This document shows positions 38,511 through 46,617 of a DNA stretch of 64,000 nucleotides, in pieces. Source of the stretch: Elusimicrobiota bacterium. Lineage in GTDB: Bacteria > Elusimicrobiota > UBA8919. The notes under the pieces are model-generated. The model did no database searches. It was not told the origin of the DNA and was given only the letters and a program-made list of their open reading frames with translations. The translations under genes and the position numbers were made by a program. Each line of letters starts with the position of its first letter. The first letter of the stretch is position 1. Location: contig JAQUMH010000002.1 of the NCBI GenBank assembly GCA_028718185.1, forward strand, positions 4,088 through 68,087, given 5' to 3'.

Positions 38511-39244
38511 ATTCTTTACATCCAGTTTAATAATATCTGTTTTAAAATAATTATAAATATTTTAAGAACTTTGTCAAGTATTTTCCTTATTTAGCAAATT
38601 TTTATGTGCAATTATTAACACTATTTGCCAACTACTAGTTGATTATATTATTTTATGGTTACATTCTTAAATAATTTGTCAAGAGGTTATTTGTATATAT
38701 TGTTGTGCAATTATCGATATAATTAATTAATAAATATTTATTTATTATCCCGATTTTTATTTATAGAATTTGTTATCGGGATTGTGTTCTCGGTCGTTTC
38801 AGCAGAGCCGACCTCCGAGCACTAACCCGATTTTTATTTATGGAATTTGTTATCGGAATTGTGTTTCCCCTGATACTACGGGATCATGTTCTCATCCGGG
38901 GCAGCAGCTCCGGATTCCGAGCATAGACTCGGTCGATGCAATTGCTCCGGACCATGTGTGTTAATTTTACTAAACTGCAATTATTCTGTCAATGACCTAA
39001 TGCCACTTTTTTATGACTTTTTTCCACTATATGAAATTAATCGGTTCTGCATATTCAAATCCATTATAAAATAAAACAAACAATCATCCTCAACTATTAA
39101 CATACTTAATTAGACGAACAACTTGCAAAAACTCTGCACAATATATTTTCTCTCGACAAGTCTCGGAATTATTTTTTAGCTTTCAGAAAAGGGGACAGAA
39201 AAAGAGGCCACTTATTTAGAAGAAATACTACTTTTTAAGGATTT
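38511..39244. promoter_or_regulatory. unusually long (about 730 bp) non-coding leader upstream of the T9SS-cargo operon. It has an AT-rich half with duplicated TTTGTCAAG...GTGCAATTAT elements and a GC-rich half with two tandem copies of a hairpin-bearing unit
   Basis: No ORF of 60 aa or more with coding character. The direct repeat cccgatttttatttatRgaatttgttatcggRattgtgtt occurs at 38747 and 38823. Each copy is followed by GC-rich stem-loops (ctcgg..ccgag, ccgag..ctcgg). The duplicated tttgtcaag(N21-27)gtgcaattat lies at 38571 and 38676. Confidence 0.5.
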
Positions 39245-40285
39245 CTATTGTTTGTATTTTTTAGGTAGGCAGAACTTTTCTATAAAAGTGATTTTTTGTT
39301 CTTTTGTGAAATATTTTAGGAGTTTTTTTAAGCGTTTTTCAACAGGTTCTTGTTTTGGAGAGATTGCTGAGATATTCAAACTATTATCAATGATTTTCAA
39401 AATACCCCGCTTTTTAAATTCTTCCAGGATTTTTTTGGCTTTTTGTTCTTCCAGTGCTTTTACAAATTCATCCCTTATACGCGGTGCTGAAACCAGTGTT
39501 AGCAAGTTTCTCTTTATTGCAGATATCATCCATTTTTCTGTATTTTTTTCAAGCTTAAAACCAAAACGATGAGCATACCTTATTGCCCTTAGAATTCTGG
39601 TTGGGTCATCTATAAAACTGTTACTATGAAGCACACGAATTTGTTTTTTTTTAATGTCTTCTAAACCACCGTGTAAATCAATAATGTTATTAATTGCCAA
39701 GTTAGATTGCTTCGTCGCTCTGCTCCTCGCAATGACTACACTCTTTTTGTCATCGCGAACCGAAGGTAAAACAATCTCATAAACTTTGAAATTCCTAAAC
39801 ATCAAGTTAGATTCCCACTTTAGTGGGAATGATGAATCTTGGGAAAGCGGAAAGGCGAGGGCGTTGATTGTGAAATCACGGCGGAATAAATCGCTTTTCA
39901 AATTAGACGGGAAAACAATCGGCATTGAAGCGGGGGTTGGGTATTTTTCTGTTCTTGCTGTTGCAATGTCAATTACAAAACCATTTTTTAGCTTAAGGGA
40001 TGCTGTTAAGAATTTTTTATATATGTTAAGTTTTCCGCCGAGTTTTCCATGAATAACTTTTGCAACAGCTAATCCATCACCTTCTACCACCAAATCCAAA
40101 TCAATACTTTTTAGACCTAATACTTTATCACGAACATATCCGCCAACAATATAAATTTTACAATTAAATTGTTTTTCTGTTTTTCTTATAATTTCTACAT
40201 AATTATTGATTTTATTAAACCCCATATAAAACTCAGTCCTACTACAAGAATGGCAGAACCAATTATTGAACCTATTGTCAAACAT
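39245..40285 (-). CDS. cca: CCA tRNA nucleotidyltransferase / poly(A) polymerase family enzyme carrying an in-frame insertion of about 55 aa
   Basis: Pol-beta head motif GGYVRDKVLGLKSIDLDLVVEGDG. RRDFTINALAF and IIDLHGGLEDIKKKQIRVLH blocks. The insertion lies between the last two blocks. A probable alternative start is MGFNK at 40225. Confidence 0.75.
   Translation of the reverse strand: MFDNRFNNWFCHSCSRTEFYMGFNKINNYVEIIRKTEKQFNCKIYIVGGYVRDKVLGLKSIDLDLVVEGDGLAVAKVIHGKLGGKLNIYKKFLTASLKLKNGFVIDIATARTEKYPTPASMPIVFPSNLKSDLFRRDFTINALAFPLSQDSSFPLKWESNLMFRNFKVYEIVLPSVRDDKKSVVIARSRATKQSNLAINNIIDLHGGLEDIKKKQIRVLHSNSFIDDPTRILRAIRYAHRFGFKLEKNTEKWMISAIKRNLLTLVSAPRIRDEFVKALEEQKAKKILEEFKKRGILKIIDNSLNISAISPKQEPVEKRLKKLLKYFTKEQKITFIEKFCLPKKYKQ
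39715..39880. repeat. GC-rich palindromic repeat module inserted in frame in the cca coding sequence
   Basis: The segment caagttagattgcttcgtcgctctgctcctcgcaatgac...gtcatcgcgaac...caagttagattcccactttagtgggaatga contains the same hairpin modules found in intergenic mosaics (gattcccacttt[ac]gtgggaatga at 44062; gagattgcttc/ctcgcaatgac at 3640, 60862, 61286). It encodes an extra ~55-aa peptide (PLSQDSSFPLKWESNLMFRNFKVYEIVLPSVRDDKKSVVIARSRATKQSNLAINN) between two conserved blocks. The repeated caagttagatt at both ends resembles a duplication. Confidence 0.6.
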
Positions 40286-40659
40286 ATATATGATTTTTTC
40301 CTATTAAGATGCATCAAGTGGCTGACTAAGACTGCCGAATACATACCGCCGAAATATACAGGAAGTGCAGCTAAAATTGTTATTCCCAAATAACCTAATC
40401 CCCTAACCCTCTTTACCATTCCGGTTTTTTCCACATTCTCCTGCGACGGGAATCTTTTTGATATTAAGATACCTAATTTTTTATTTACACCGGCACCTTC
40501 TAATATATAAAAATATATGAACATCTGGATTATATCACCTGCTATCGCAATGAAAAATGCACCCCACCAGCCAAATCCTGTAACAATACTTATAGGTATA
40601 ACTATAAACCTGTTAAATAAATAATGCAAAAGATTTAATATAAATGCTATTTCAATCAT
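40195..40659 (-). CDS. small integral membrane protein (4 predicted TM helices), unknown function
   Basis: 154-aa hydrophobic ORF. Overlaps the 5' end of the cca ORF as called. Confidence 0.35.
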   Translation of the reverse strand: MIEIAFILNLLHYLFNRFIVIPISIVTGFGWWGAFFIAIAGDIIQMFIYFYILEGAGVNKKLGILISKRFPSQENVEKTGMVKRVRGLGYLGITILAALPVYFGGMYSAVLVSHLMHLNRKKSYICLTIGSIIGSAILVVGLSFIWGLIKSIIM

Positions 40660-40662
40660 AAA

Positions 40663-41589
40663 TTAAAAACTCTGTCGGCTGCGCATTTCACTTAATCGCT
40701 GTCTTGCTTCTTCTTCAGAAATAAAAGATATGTTTCTTATTGATACGGAAACCAGTGATGCAACTGAAGATAAAAGTATTAAATCGTTCCTTGTAAATGC
40801 TTTTTCATTGTTACTAGCAAATAATATAAAACCGAGAAATTTATCTTCAAAATAAAAAGCTGATGATATAAATGCTTTGCCATTTATGAAATCACTTTTC
40901 TGTTCAAAACTTTTATCATCGTTGATAATTATCTCTTTTTCTGATGCAATGCTATTCACAAAAGATTCTGTTCTTGGAATCGTTTCAACGGGTACTTTTA
41001 AATTAACTGATGAATGAACATCTAATTCATCCGTAAATTCATTATAAACCGATATTAATCCGCTATCTGCTTTTTTAAAGAGTTTAGCAACATTTGAAAA
41101 AACATCTGCTGTCATCTGTTTTAAGTTCTTTGAACTGGCAATGATTTTTCCTGTATCATAAAGCAGCGTGAGATGACTGTTTGTTGCTGAAAGCCGGCTT
41201 AATGTTGTCGACATAATTGCTGATAAAAGTTTCATTCCGGTATTCAGGTCGCTGGAAATAAGTTCTACAAATTTATTCTTTTTTATTTCAAGCAAGGTAA
41301 CATCATCTATTGCCCGGACCGATGCAATTCTTGGTTTATCTTCAAAAAGCGACATTTCACCGAAATAATCACCGGTAGATAAAATGGCAAGAGTTTTTGT
41401 TGAACCTTCCGAAAGATGCTTAAAAACTTCAACTTTTCCTTCCGCTATCAGACAAAAAACATCCGCCGAAGATGATTCCTCAAAAATAACAGTATCTTTT
41501 TTTATCTTTCTTTCTTCCAGTATCTTTGATATATGTTTTAGGACACTATCCGACAACCCATTGAAAATTTCAACCGATTTAAGGTTCAT
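40663..41589 (-). CDS. cyclic-nucleotide-binding domain protein with a C-terminal GAF-like domain (putative regulator adjacent to pilT)
   Basis: N-terminal cNMP-binding/Crp-like signature (FNGLSDSVLKHI...GDYFGEMSLFEDKPRIASVRA). C-terminal region of about 150 aa of GAF-like character. Confidence 0.55.
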   Translation of the reverse strand: MNLKSVEIFNGLSDSVLKHISKILEERKIKKDTVIFEESSSADVFCLIAEGKVEVFKHLSEGSTKTLAILSTGDYFGEMSLFEDKPRIASVRAIDDVTLLEIKKNKFVELISSDLNTGMKLLSAIMSTTLSRLSATNSHLTLLYDTGKIIASSKNLKQMTADVFSNVAKLFKKADSGLISVYNEFTDELDVHSSVNLKVPVETIPRTESFVNSIASEKEIIINDDKSFEQKSDFINGKAFISSAFYFEDKFLGFILFASNNEKAFTRNDLILLSSVASLVSVSIRNISFISEEEARQRLSEMRSRQSF

Positions 41590-42680
41590 TTCGTTCCCCC
41601 TGTCTTTTTTGCAAAATCTACCGATTGTATCTGTATTTTCAAATCTGACGGATTATTGCTTGTAGCAAGCGCTTCCTCCATAGTAATAACATCATTCTTA
41701 TAAAGTGATAGAAGTGACTGGTTAAATGATTGCGTTTTGTAAAAAGAAGAACTATCTTCTATCGCTTTTGAAATTTGTCCTGTTTTGCTTTCTGCAATTA
41801 ATGATTTTATAAAAGGTGTATTTATCATTATTTCCATAGCAACAACCATACCTTTTTCATCTTTTCTTTTAATAAGACGCTGTGCAACAACTGCGATTAG
41901 AAACAGTGAAACTTGAAATCTAACTTGTGATTGCTGTTCTACAGGAAATGAATCAATTATTCTATCAATTGTCTGTTTTGTGTCATTCGTATGCAATGTT
42001 GATATAACAAGATGTCCTGTTTCAGCAGCGGTAATAGCGGTTGAAATTGTTTCAGGGTCACGCATTTCGCCGACAAGAATAACATCCGGGTCCTGTCTTA
42101 ATGCTGATTTTAACGCTGTTCCAAATGTTTGAGTGTCCATACCAATTTCTCTTTGGTTTATTATTGATTTTTTATCTGTGTGAACAAACTCAATCGGGTC
42201 TTCAATTGTAATAACATTTTTTTTGGATGTTTCATTAATTTCATTTATTATTGCCGCTTGAGTTGTTGATTTCCCGCTACCAGTGGGACCTGTTACAAGA
42301 ACCAGTCCTTGTTTAGTCATAGCTATATCTTTCAATACAGAAGGTATGTTTAAACTATCAATAGAGGGAATTATCATGGGTATCATTCTAAATACAACCC
42401 CATAATTCCCCTTTTGTATAAAAAGAGCTCCCCTGAATCTTGCTATTCCAGACAGTTCACAAGCAAAATCATATTCTTTGTTTTCTTGCATTTTCTTTTC
42501 TTCATCAATCCCTATATATTTTGAAATTAACTCTTTTATCTTTGCAGACGTAAGTTTCTCACCGTCTACAAGCGGCTCAATATCACCGTGAATACGAACC
42601 ATTGGAGGTAAACCGGCTTTTAAATGTAAATCGGTTCCTTTCTTTTCAATAACCAATTTTAAGAGTTCTTCAATATTCAT
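41586..42680 (-). CDS. pilT: type IV pilus retraction ATPase PilT/PilU family
   Basis: Walker A GPTGSGKSTT, Asp box, His box, and PilT-type N-terminus (TDLHLKAGLPPMVRIHGDI). 364 aa. Confidence 0.8.
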   Translation of the reverse strand: MNIEELLKLVIEKKGTDLHLKAGLPPMVRIHGDIEPLVDGEKLTSAKIKELISKYIGIDEEKKMQENKEYDFACELSGIARFRGALFIQKGNYGVVFRMIPMIIPSIDSLNIPSVLKDIAMTKQGLVLVTGPTGSGKSTTQAAIINEINETSKKNVITIEDPIEFVHTDKKSIINQREIGMDTQTFGTALKSALRQDPDVILVGEMRDPETISTAITAAETGHLVISTLHTNDTKQTIDRIIDSFPVEQQSQVRFQVSLFLIAVVAQRLIKRKDEKGMVVAMEIMINTPFIKSLIAESKTGQISKAIEDSSSFYKTQSFNQSLLSLYKNDVITMEEALATSNNPSDLKIQIQSVDFAKKTGGTK

Positions 42681-42780
42681 TTTAATATACGCGAAACTGA
42701 CCTGCCTACCGGCAGGTAGGCGCTAAATGTTTTACGCCTGTTTTGCGCTCCTCTTTACCTCTTTGTTATCCACTAAGCTC

Positions 42781-42911
42781 CTAATCGAAGAGCGAAGAAG
42801 TTGTTGAGCAGAACTTCACGGAGTTCCGCTTAAAACATTCAGCGGAACGAGTGAGAGTGCCCCGACGTAACGTCGGGGACAACGGTTCTGTGAGACAAGC
42901 TCCCGAACGGC
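42781..42911. repeat. about 125-nt conserved hairpin-rich element, copy 2 (between the two pilT paralogs)
   Basis: Same core as 12796-12922. The central hairpin differs in sequence but keeps pairing: ccccgacgtaacgtcgggg here versus ccagcacaagctgg in copy 1. Confidence 0.7.
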
Positions 42912-43975
42912 TATCTGCCGGAAATTGCTGCTTTTACCATCTCCGGATTATGCGCTTTCGCTAAAGCATCTTCCATTTTTATCAATCCATCCCTAACAAG
43001 ACCACCAAGAACTTTATCGAGAGATATCATTCCTGCTTTTGCCCCTACTTCTATTGTCTGATATAACTGGTGCGTTTTACCTTCTCTTATAAGATTTGAA
43101 ATTGCAGGGGTAGCTATCATAATCTCTCTTGCTGCAATTCTCGAGTTACCATCAACAGTTTGAATAAGCGTTTGAGATATAACCGCTTGAAGTGAAGTGG
43201 AAAGCTGCATTCTTACCTGTTGCTGCTGGTGCGGCGGAAAAACATCAATGATTCTATCAACTGTTGAAGGAGCATCGGTTGTGTGAAGTGTAGCGAAAAC
43301 AAGGTGCCCGGTTTCGGCAATTGTTATTGCTGCTCCGATTGTTTCAAGATCTCTCATTTCACCTACAAGTACTATATCGGGATCTTCTCTAAGAGCATGT
43401 TTTAATGCCGCACCGAAAGAAAGTGTATGTTGCCCGACTTCTCTTTGAGTAACAACACAACCTTTTGATTCATAAACAAACTCAATAGGATCCTCAACAG
43501 TAAGAATATGGTCCTTCCTGGTTGTATTTACAAGATCCATCAAACAAGCGAGCGTCGTTGACTTACCGCTGCCAGTAGGTCCTGTTACAAGTACAAGTCC
43601 TCTTGCCAAACCTGCAAGTTTTGTAATTGCTTCCGGTAAACGTAATTGTTCAGGTGACGGTATTTTAGAAGAAATTACACGGAGTACAGCACCAATGCCA
43701 TTTCTGTGCATTAAAACATTTACCCTGAATCTTGAAACATTAGGTAAATTAAAAGAACAATCTAATTCAAGGTCTTCTTCAAATTTCTTCTTTTGTTCAT
43801 CATACAACATTGAATAGATTAACCGCTTTGCTTCATCAGGATTTATTATATCGGCAAATCCTTCAATAGTCTTCATTTCACCGACATGGCGGCACATAGG
43901 TGGTTTGCCTACAACGATATGTATATCCGAAGCCCCCTTTTTTACTGCTGTAGTCAAAATGTCAAAAATTTCCAT
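42911..43975 (-). CDS. pilT: twitching motility ATPase PilT
   Basis: 354 aa. N-terminus GASDIHIVVGKPPMCRHVGEM. Walker A GPTGSGKSTT. EDPIEF and LVGEMRD blocks. Confidence 0.85.
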   Translation of the reverse strand: MEIFDILTTAVKKGASDIHIVVGKPPMCRHVGEMKTIEGFADIINPDEAKRLIYSMLYDEQKKKFEEDLELDCSFNLPNVSRFRVNVLMHRNGIGAVLRVISSKIPSPEQLRLPEAITKLAGLARGLVLVTGPTGSGKSTTLACLMDLVNTTRKDHILTVEDPIEFVYESKGCVVTQREVGQHTLSFGAALKHALREDPDIVLVGEMRDLETIGAAITIAETGHLVFATLHTTDAPSTVDRIIDVFPPHQQQQVRMQLSTSLQAVISQTLIQTVDGNSRIAAREIMIATPAISNLIREGKTHQLYQTIEVGAKAGMISLDKVLGGLVRDGLIKMEDALAKAHNPEMVKAAISGR

Positions 43976-43994
43976 TTATCCTCCTGTATTTTAT

Positions 43995-44225
43995 CTATAT
44001 GAACAAATTAGGCACGCCAAGGGCGTGCTACTACAAACATTGATATTCTTATTCATCAAGATAGATTCCCACTTTCGTGGGAATGACACGCCATGATAGA
44101 TTGTCATTCCCGAGTGTCTCAATCGGGAATCCACAACATCGAAATTCTTATGCATCAAGTTATGCCCGCCACTGAACCGTTGGCGGGCAACGACAAAAAC
44201 ATTGTAGTGGCAGAGCTTTGCAACT
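43995..44225. repeat. mosaic of palindromic modules in the pilT-DUF2851 intergenic region
   Basis: ggcacgccaagggcgtgctactaca; catcaagatagattcccactttcgtgggaatga; gtcattcccgag..tcgggaatc; catcaagttatgcccgccactgaaccgttggcgggc; cattgtagtggcagagc. Several units start with catcaag(a/t)ta. Confidence 0.6.
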
Positions 44226-44230
44226 ATATT

Positions 44231-45766
44231 TTACTGCGGCAATAGTTCGCTCATCGACATATTAAAGATTGACTGAAAACTGCAATTAGTACATATTCCT
44301 TTCTTTATGTCGCAAAAATCTTTAAATATTTGTAAAAGTCCCTGTTGAAAACGCTCGCCCCGTCCCGTAATATCTCCAAAACCTATTTTCCACGAAGTAA
44401 GCCGTGCCGTCCGGTTAGTTGCTATTATAGGTTGTTTTAACCACCACTGATAAATAATTTTACCATCTTTTAATGTCTGAATTTTTGCAATCGCCAAAGG
44501 TAAAAATACATTTATAAGTATCAGCAGATTTCTTTCTTCTCCGATTAAAGCAACAGGTTTTAAAAACTTTTTTGAATTAAATGTAGTTCTGAAAAACCAA
44601 AAATTAAAAGAATCGGCAGTATCTATTTTAATCTCTTTTAAGAACTCCTTTAACTTCAAGTTACCCGAGATAATCTTATCGTAAAAATCCTGGAATATTT
44701 TATCAAAACCATTATTGATATGTTTAGAAATAACCAGACTCGCAGCAGCTAAACGACGATATGGAAAATTATATGGTCTTATTCCCCTGAATTTCCAGGA
44801 CTCTTTTTTAATTATTTCACCCGGTAAAATCTGCTGTCTCAGGACCTTCCATATTTTCTTTATCTTTAATACATATTTTTCAGCTTCATCATCAAGCTTT
44901 TCCATCTTGTCTATTTCCGGAATAAGACCGCATACTCCATAAAACAGTGCCTGAATTCTAATTGGTTTTTCTTCAAACTTTTCTAATTTAATTACTTTTT
45001 CTATCCGCTCAAGCGGTAATATCTCAGCCAACTTCCTGAAATTTTCCCTGTTCTGACCGTAACCAAGCCCGCCAATAATACCTTTGTAAACTATTTGATT
45101 TATTGATTCGCTTGACATTCTTCTTTTAAGCTCTTCACTTTTAAGTTTTATCCTTTCATCCCCGGCAATGCCAATTATATGTTCCAATAATGAATATTTT
45201 CTAAAAGAGAATGCAGCACATTTGCCGGCACGAACTTTGCTTGAATAAGGATAATTTTCAACATCAAAATCGCTATTTATGATTTCCAAATCATCATTTA
45301 CATAATCAATCAATTCAAGAGAGGGAACTGCGCCTTTATTTTGAGTAAGTGTCTTTGATAATTTACTGCTTTGCCATAAAAAGACATGCAGGATAACATT
45401 ATTAAAATTCTTATTTTTATAATGATTATGCTTTTTCCAGTATAAGGAATAAATATCAACCTCAATGTCACCTGTTATCTCCTGACCATCGATATTTATT
45501 TTAGCGTTCTTAAAATCAGGTCCCTCATCAAAATTCCACTCGCCCGGCGAGACTATAACAATATTTTTGCCGGCGATTGTTTTCAAACCTCTTCTTTCAA
45601 TCTTTTGGTCAAACCATATCATTTTTACAAGTTTTTCAGTAACCGGTTGTTTGTCCTTATTATATAATTTTTCAGGTTCACGAATAGACAAGGATTCGTA
45701 TAATTTCTTATATTTATTTGAGAAATCCTGAGGATTATGATATTTTACTTCATCAATATACTTCAT
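44231..45766 (-). CDS. DUF2851 family protein
   Basis: 511 aa. The block SPGEWNFDEGPDFKNAKINIDGQEITGDIEVDIYSLYWKKHNHYKNKNFNNVILHV matches my recollection of the conserved DUF2851 N-domain pattern (GxWNxxxGPDFxxAxIxIDG...VEIH...SDWxxHxH...YxNVILHV). Confidence 0.5.
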   Translation of the reverse strand: MKYIDEVKYHNPQDFSNKYKKLYESLSIREPEKLYNKDKQPVTEKLVKMIWFDQKIERRGLKTIAGKNIVIVSPGEWNFDEGPDFKNAKINIDGQEITGDIEVDIYSLYWKKHNHYKNKNFNNVILHVFLWQSSKLSKTLTQNKGAVPSLELIDYVNDDLEIINSDFDVENYPYSSKVRAGKCAAFSFRKYSLLEHIIGIAGDERIKLKSEELKRRMSSESINQIVYKGIIGGLGYGQNRENFRKLAEILPLERIEKVIKLEKFEEKPIRIQALFYGVCGLIPEIDKMEKLDDEAEKYVLKIKKIWKVLRQQILPGEIIKKESWKFRGIRPYNFPYRRLAAASLVISKHINNGFDKIFQDFYDKIISGNLKLKEFLKEIKIDTADSFNFWFFRTTFNSKKFLKPVALIGEERNLLILINVFLPLAIAKIQTLKDGKIIYQWWLKQPIIATNRTARLTSWKIGFGDITGRGERFQQGLLQIFKDFCDIKKGICTNCSFQSIFNMSMSELLPQ

Positions 45767-45770
45767 ATAA

Positions 45771-45865
45771 ACGCTGATTGCCGCTGATGATTAACCGAAC
45801 GCTGATGACCGCTGATTCCGGTAACGCTGATTAACACTGATTCTGATTAAACAAACGCTGATTAA
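45771..45865. promoter_or_regulatory. array of 6 or more direct copies of CGCTGAT(T/G) (AATCAGCG on the gene strand) starting 5 bp upstream of the DUF2851 start codon
   Basis: aaCGCTGATtgcCGCTGATgattaaccgaaCGCTGATgacCGCTGATtccggtaaCGCTGATtaacaCTGATtCTGATtaaacaaaCGCTGATtaatg. Confidence 0.55.
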
Positions 45866-46020
45866 TGCAGATAAAACAACCCGATTCTTAAGTTTACCTT
45901 CCCTATATTGAGCGAGGAAGAAATTTCTGAAGAGCCTGAATTTGCGACCTATACCCAACAGGAGCAAATGTTAGAGCGACCTCAAGGGAGCGTCTCGAAG
46001 AAATTTGCTTCCGAGCGAAT

Positions 46021-46617
46021 CTATTTTTTTACTTTAGGCTTTGGTTTCTCAGCTGGTTTATCATTTGGCTTGTCATTTGGTTTTTCAACATAAACCTTTC
46101 TCATTATATCACCGATTTGTATTTTATGAACAACATCAAGTCCTTCTATAACCTGCCCAAAAACAGTATATTGACCATCTAAAAACGACTGTGGACCAAG
46201 ACAGATATAGAATTGACATCCGGCAGAATCAGGAGATTGCGCTCTTGCCATCGCTACAGTTCCGTCAAGATGTTTCCTTTTGTTAAACTCTGCTTTTATC
46301 TTATAACCCGGGTCACCGGTACCATCACCTTTTGGACACCCGCCCTGAATTACAAATCCCGGAACAACCCTGTGGAATTTTAAACCATCGTAAAACTTTG
46401 CATTAGCAAGCTTTTTAAAGTTTGCAACAGTGTTTGGTGCATCTTGTTCGTAAAATTCAAATTTTATTACCCCTTTATCCGTTTTAATTACAGCAATTTC
46501 TTTCATCTGCTTTTTCTCCTTTCCACAAAGATTATTAAAAACCAAACCTGTAAAACTAAAAATCATCAAACCTATTTTAAACTTTTTCCACATTCCATTC
46601 TTCACTATCTGATTCAT
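46021..46617 (-). CDS. ppiB: cyclophilin-type peptidyl-prolyl cis-trans isomerase, secreted or lipoprotein, with a Lys/Pro-rich C-terminal tail
   Basis: [25 protein letters not shown] cyclophilin core. N-terminal signal with a Cys (possible lipobox LCGKE). The tail is [20 protein letters not shown]. Confidence 0.8.
   Translation of the reverse strand: MNQIVKNGMWKKFKIGLMIFSFTGLVFNNLCGKEKKQMKEIAVIKTDKGVIKFEFYEQDAPNTVANFKKLANAKFYDGLKFHRVVPGFVIQGGCPKGDGTGDPGYKIKAEFNKRKHLDGTVAMARAQSPDSAGCQFYICLGPQSFLDGQYTVFGQVIEGLDVVHKIQIGDIMRKVYVEKPNDKPNDKPAEKPKPKVKK

Noticed and set aside
38747-38866. Possible CRISPR array (two direct repeats of about 40 bp separated by about 35 bp)
   Set aside because: Only two copies. 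The repeat is itself AT-rich with an internal hairpin, the following sequences differ greatly in length (36 versus about 95 nt), and there are no cas genes or leader. It does not fit CRISPR architecture.
38770-39074. Two overlapping plus-strand ORFs (64 and 62 aa, the first Cys-rich) in the 730-bp intergenic region
   Set aside because: They are built from the tandem GC-rich repeat units. Their composition reflects repeat sequence rather than codon usage, and no ribosome-binding context is obvious. More likely structural RNA or DNA than peptides.
40195-40285. 90-bp overlap between the small membrane-protein ORF and the cca ORF
   Set aside because: Probably an artefact of taking the longest ORF. 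Cca more plausibly starts at the internal Met (MGFNK, about 40225), reducing the overlap to about 30 bp. Not treated as a programmed overlap or frameshift.
43995-44225. CRISPR-like appearance of recurring catcaag(a/t)ta-prefixed units
   Set aside because: Units differ in length and content, the spacing is irregular, and the same modules are scattered singly elsewhere. This is a palindromic repeat mosaic, not a repeat-spacer array.
45908-46093. 61-aa plus-strand ORF (MSEEEISEEPEF…) in the DUF2851-ppiB gap
   Set aside because: Its 3' half overlaps the ppiB C-terminal codons on the other strand and encodes an SFGL low-complexity peptide. The upstream half coincides with the CGCTGAT array. Judged non-coding.
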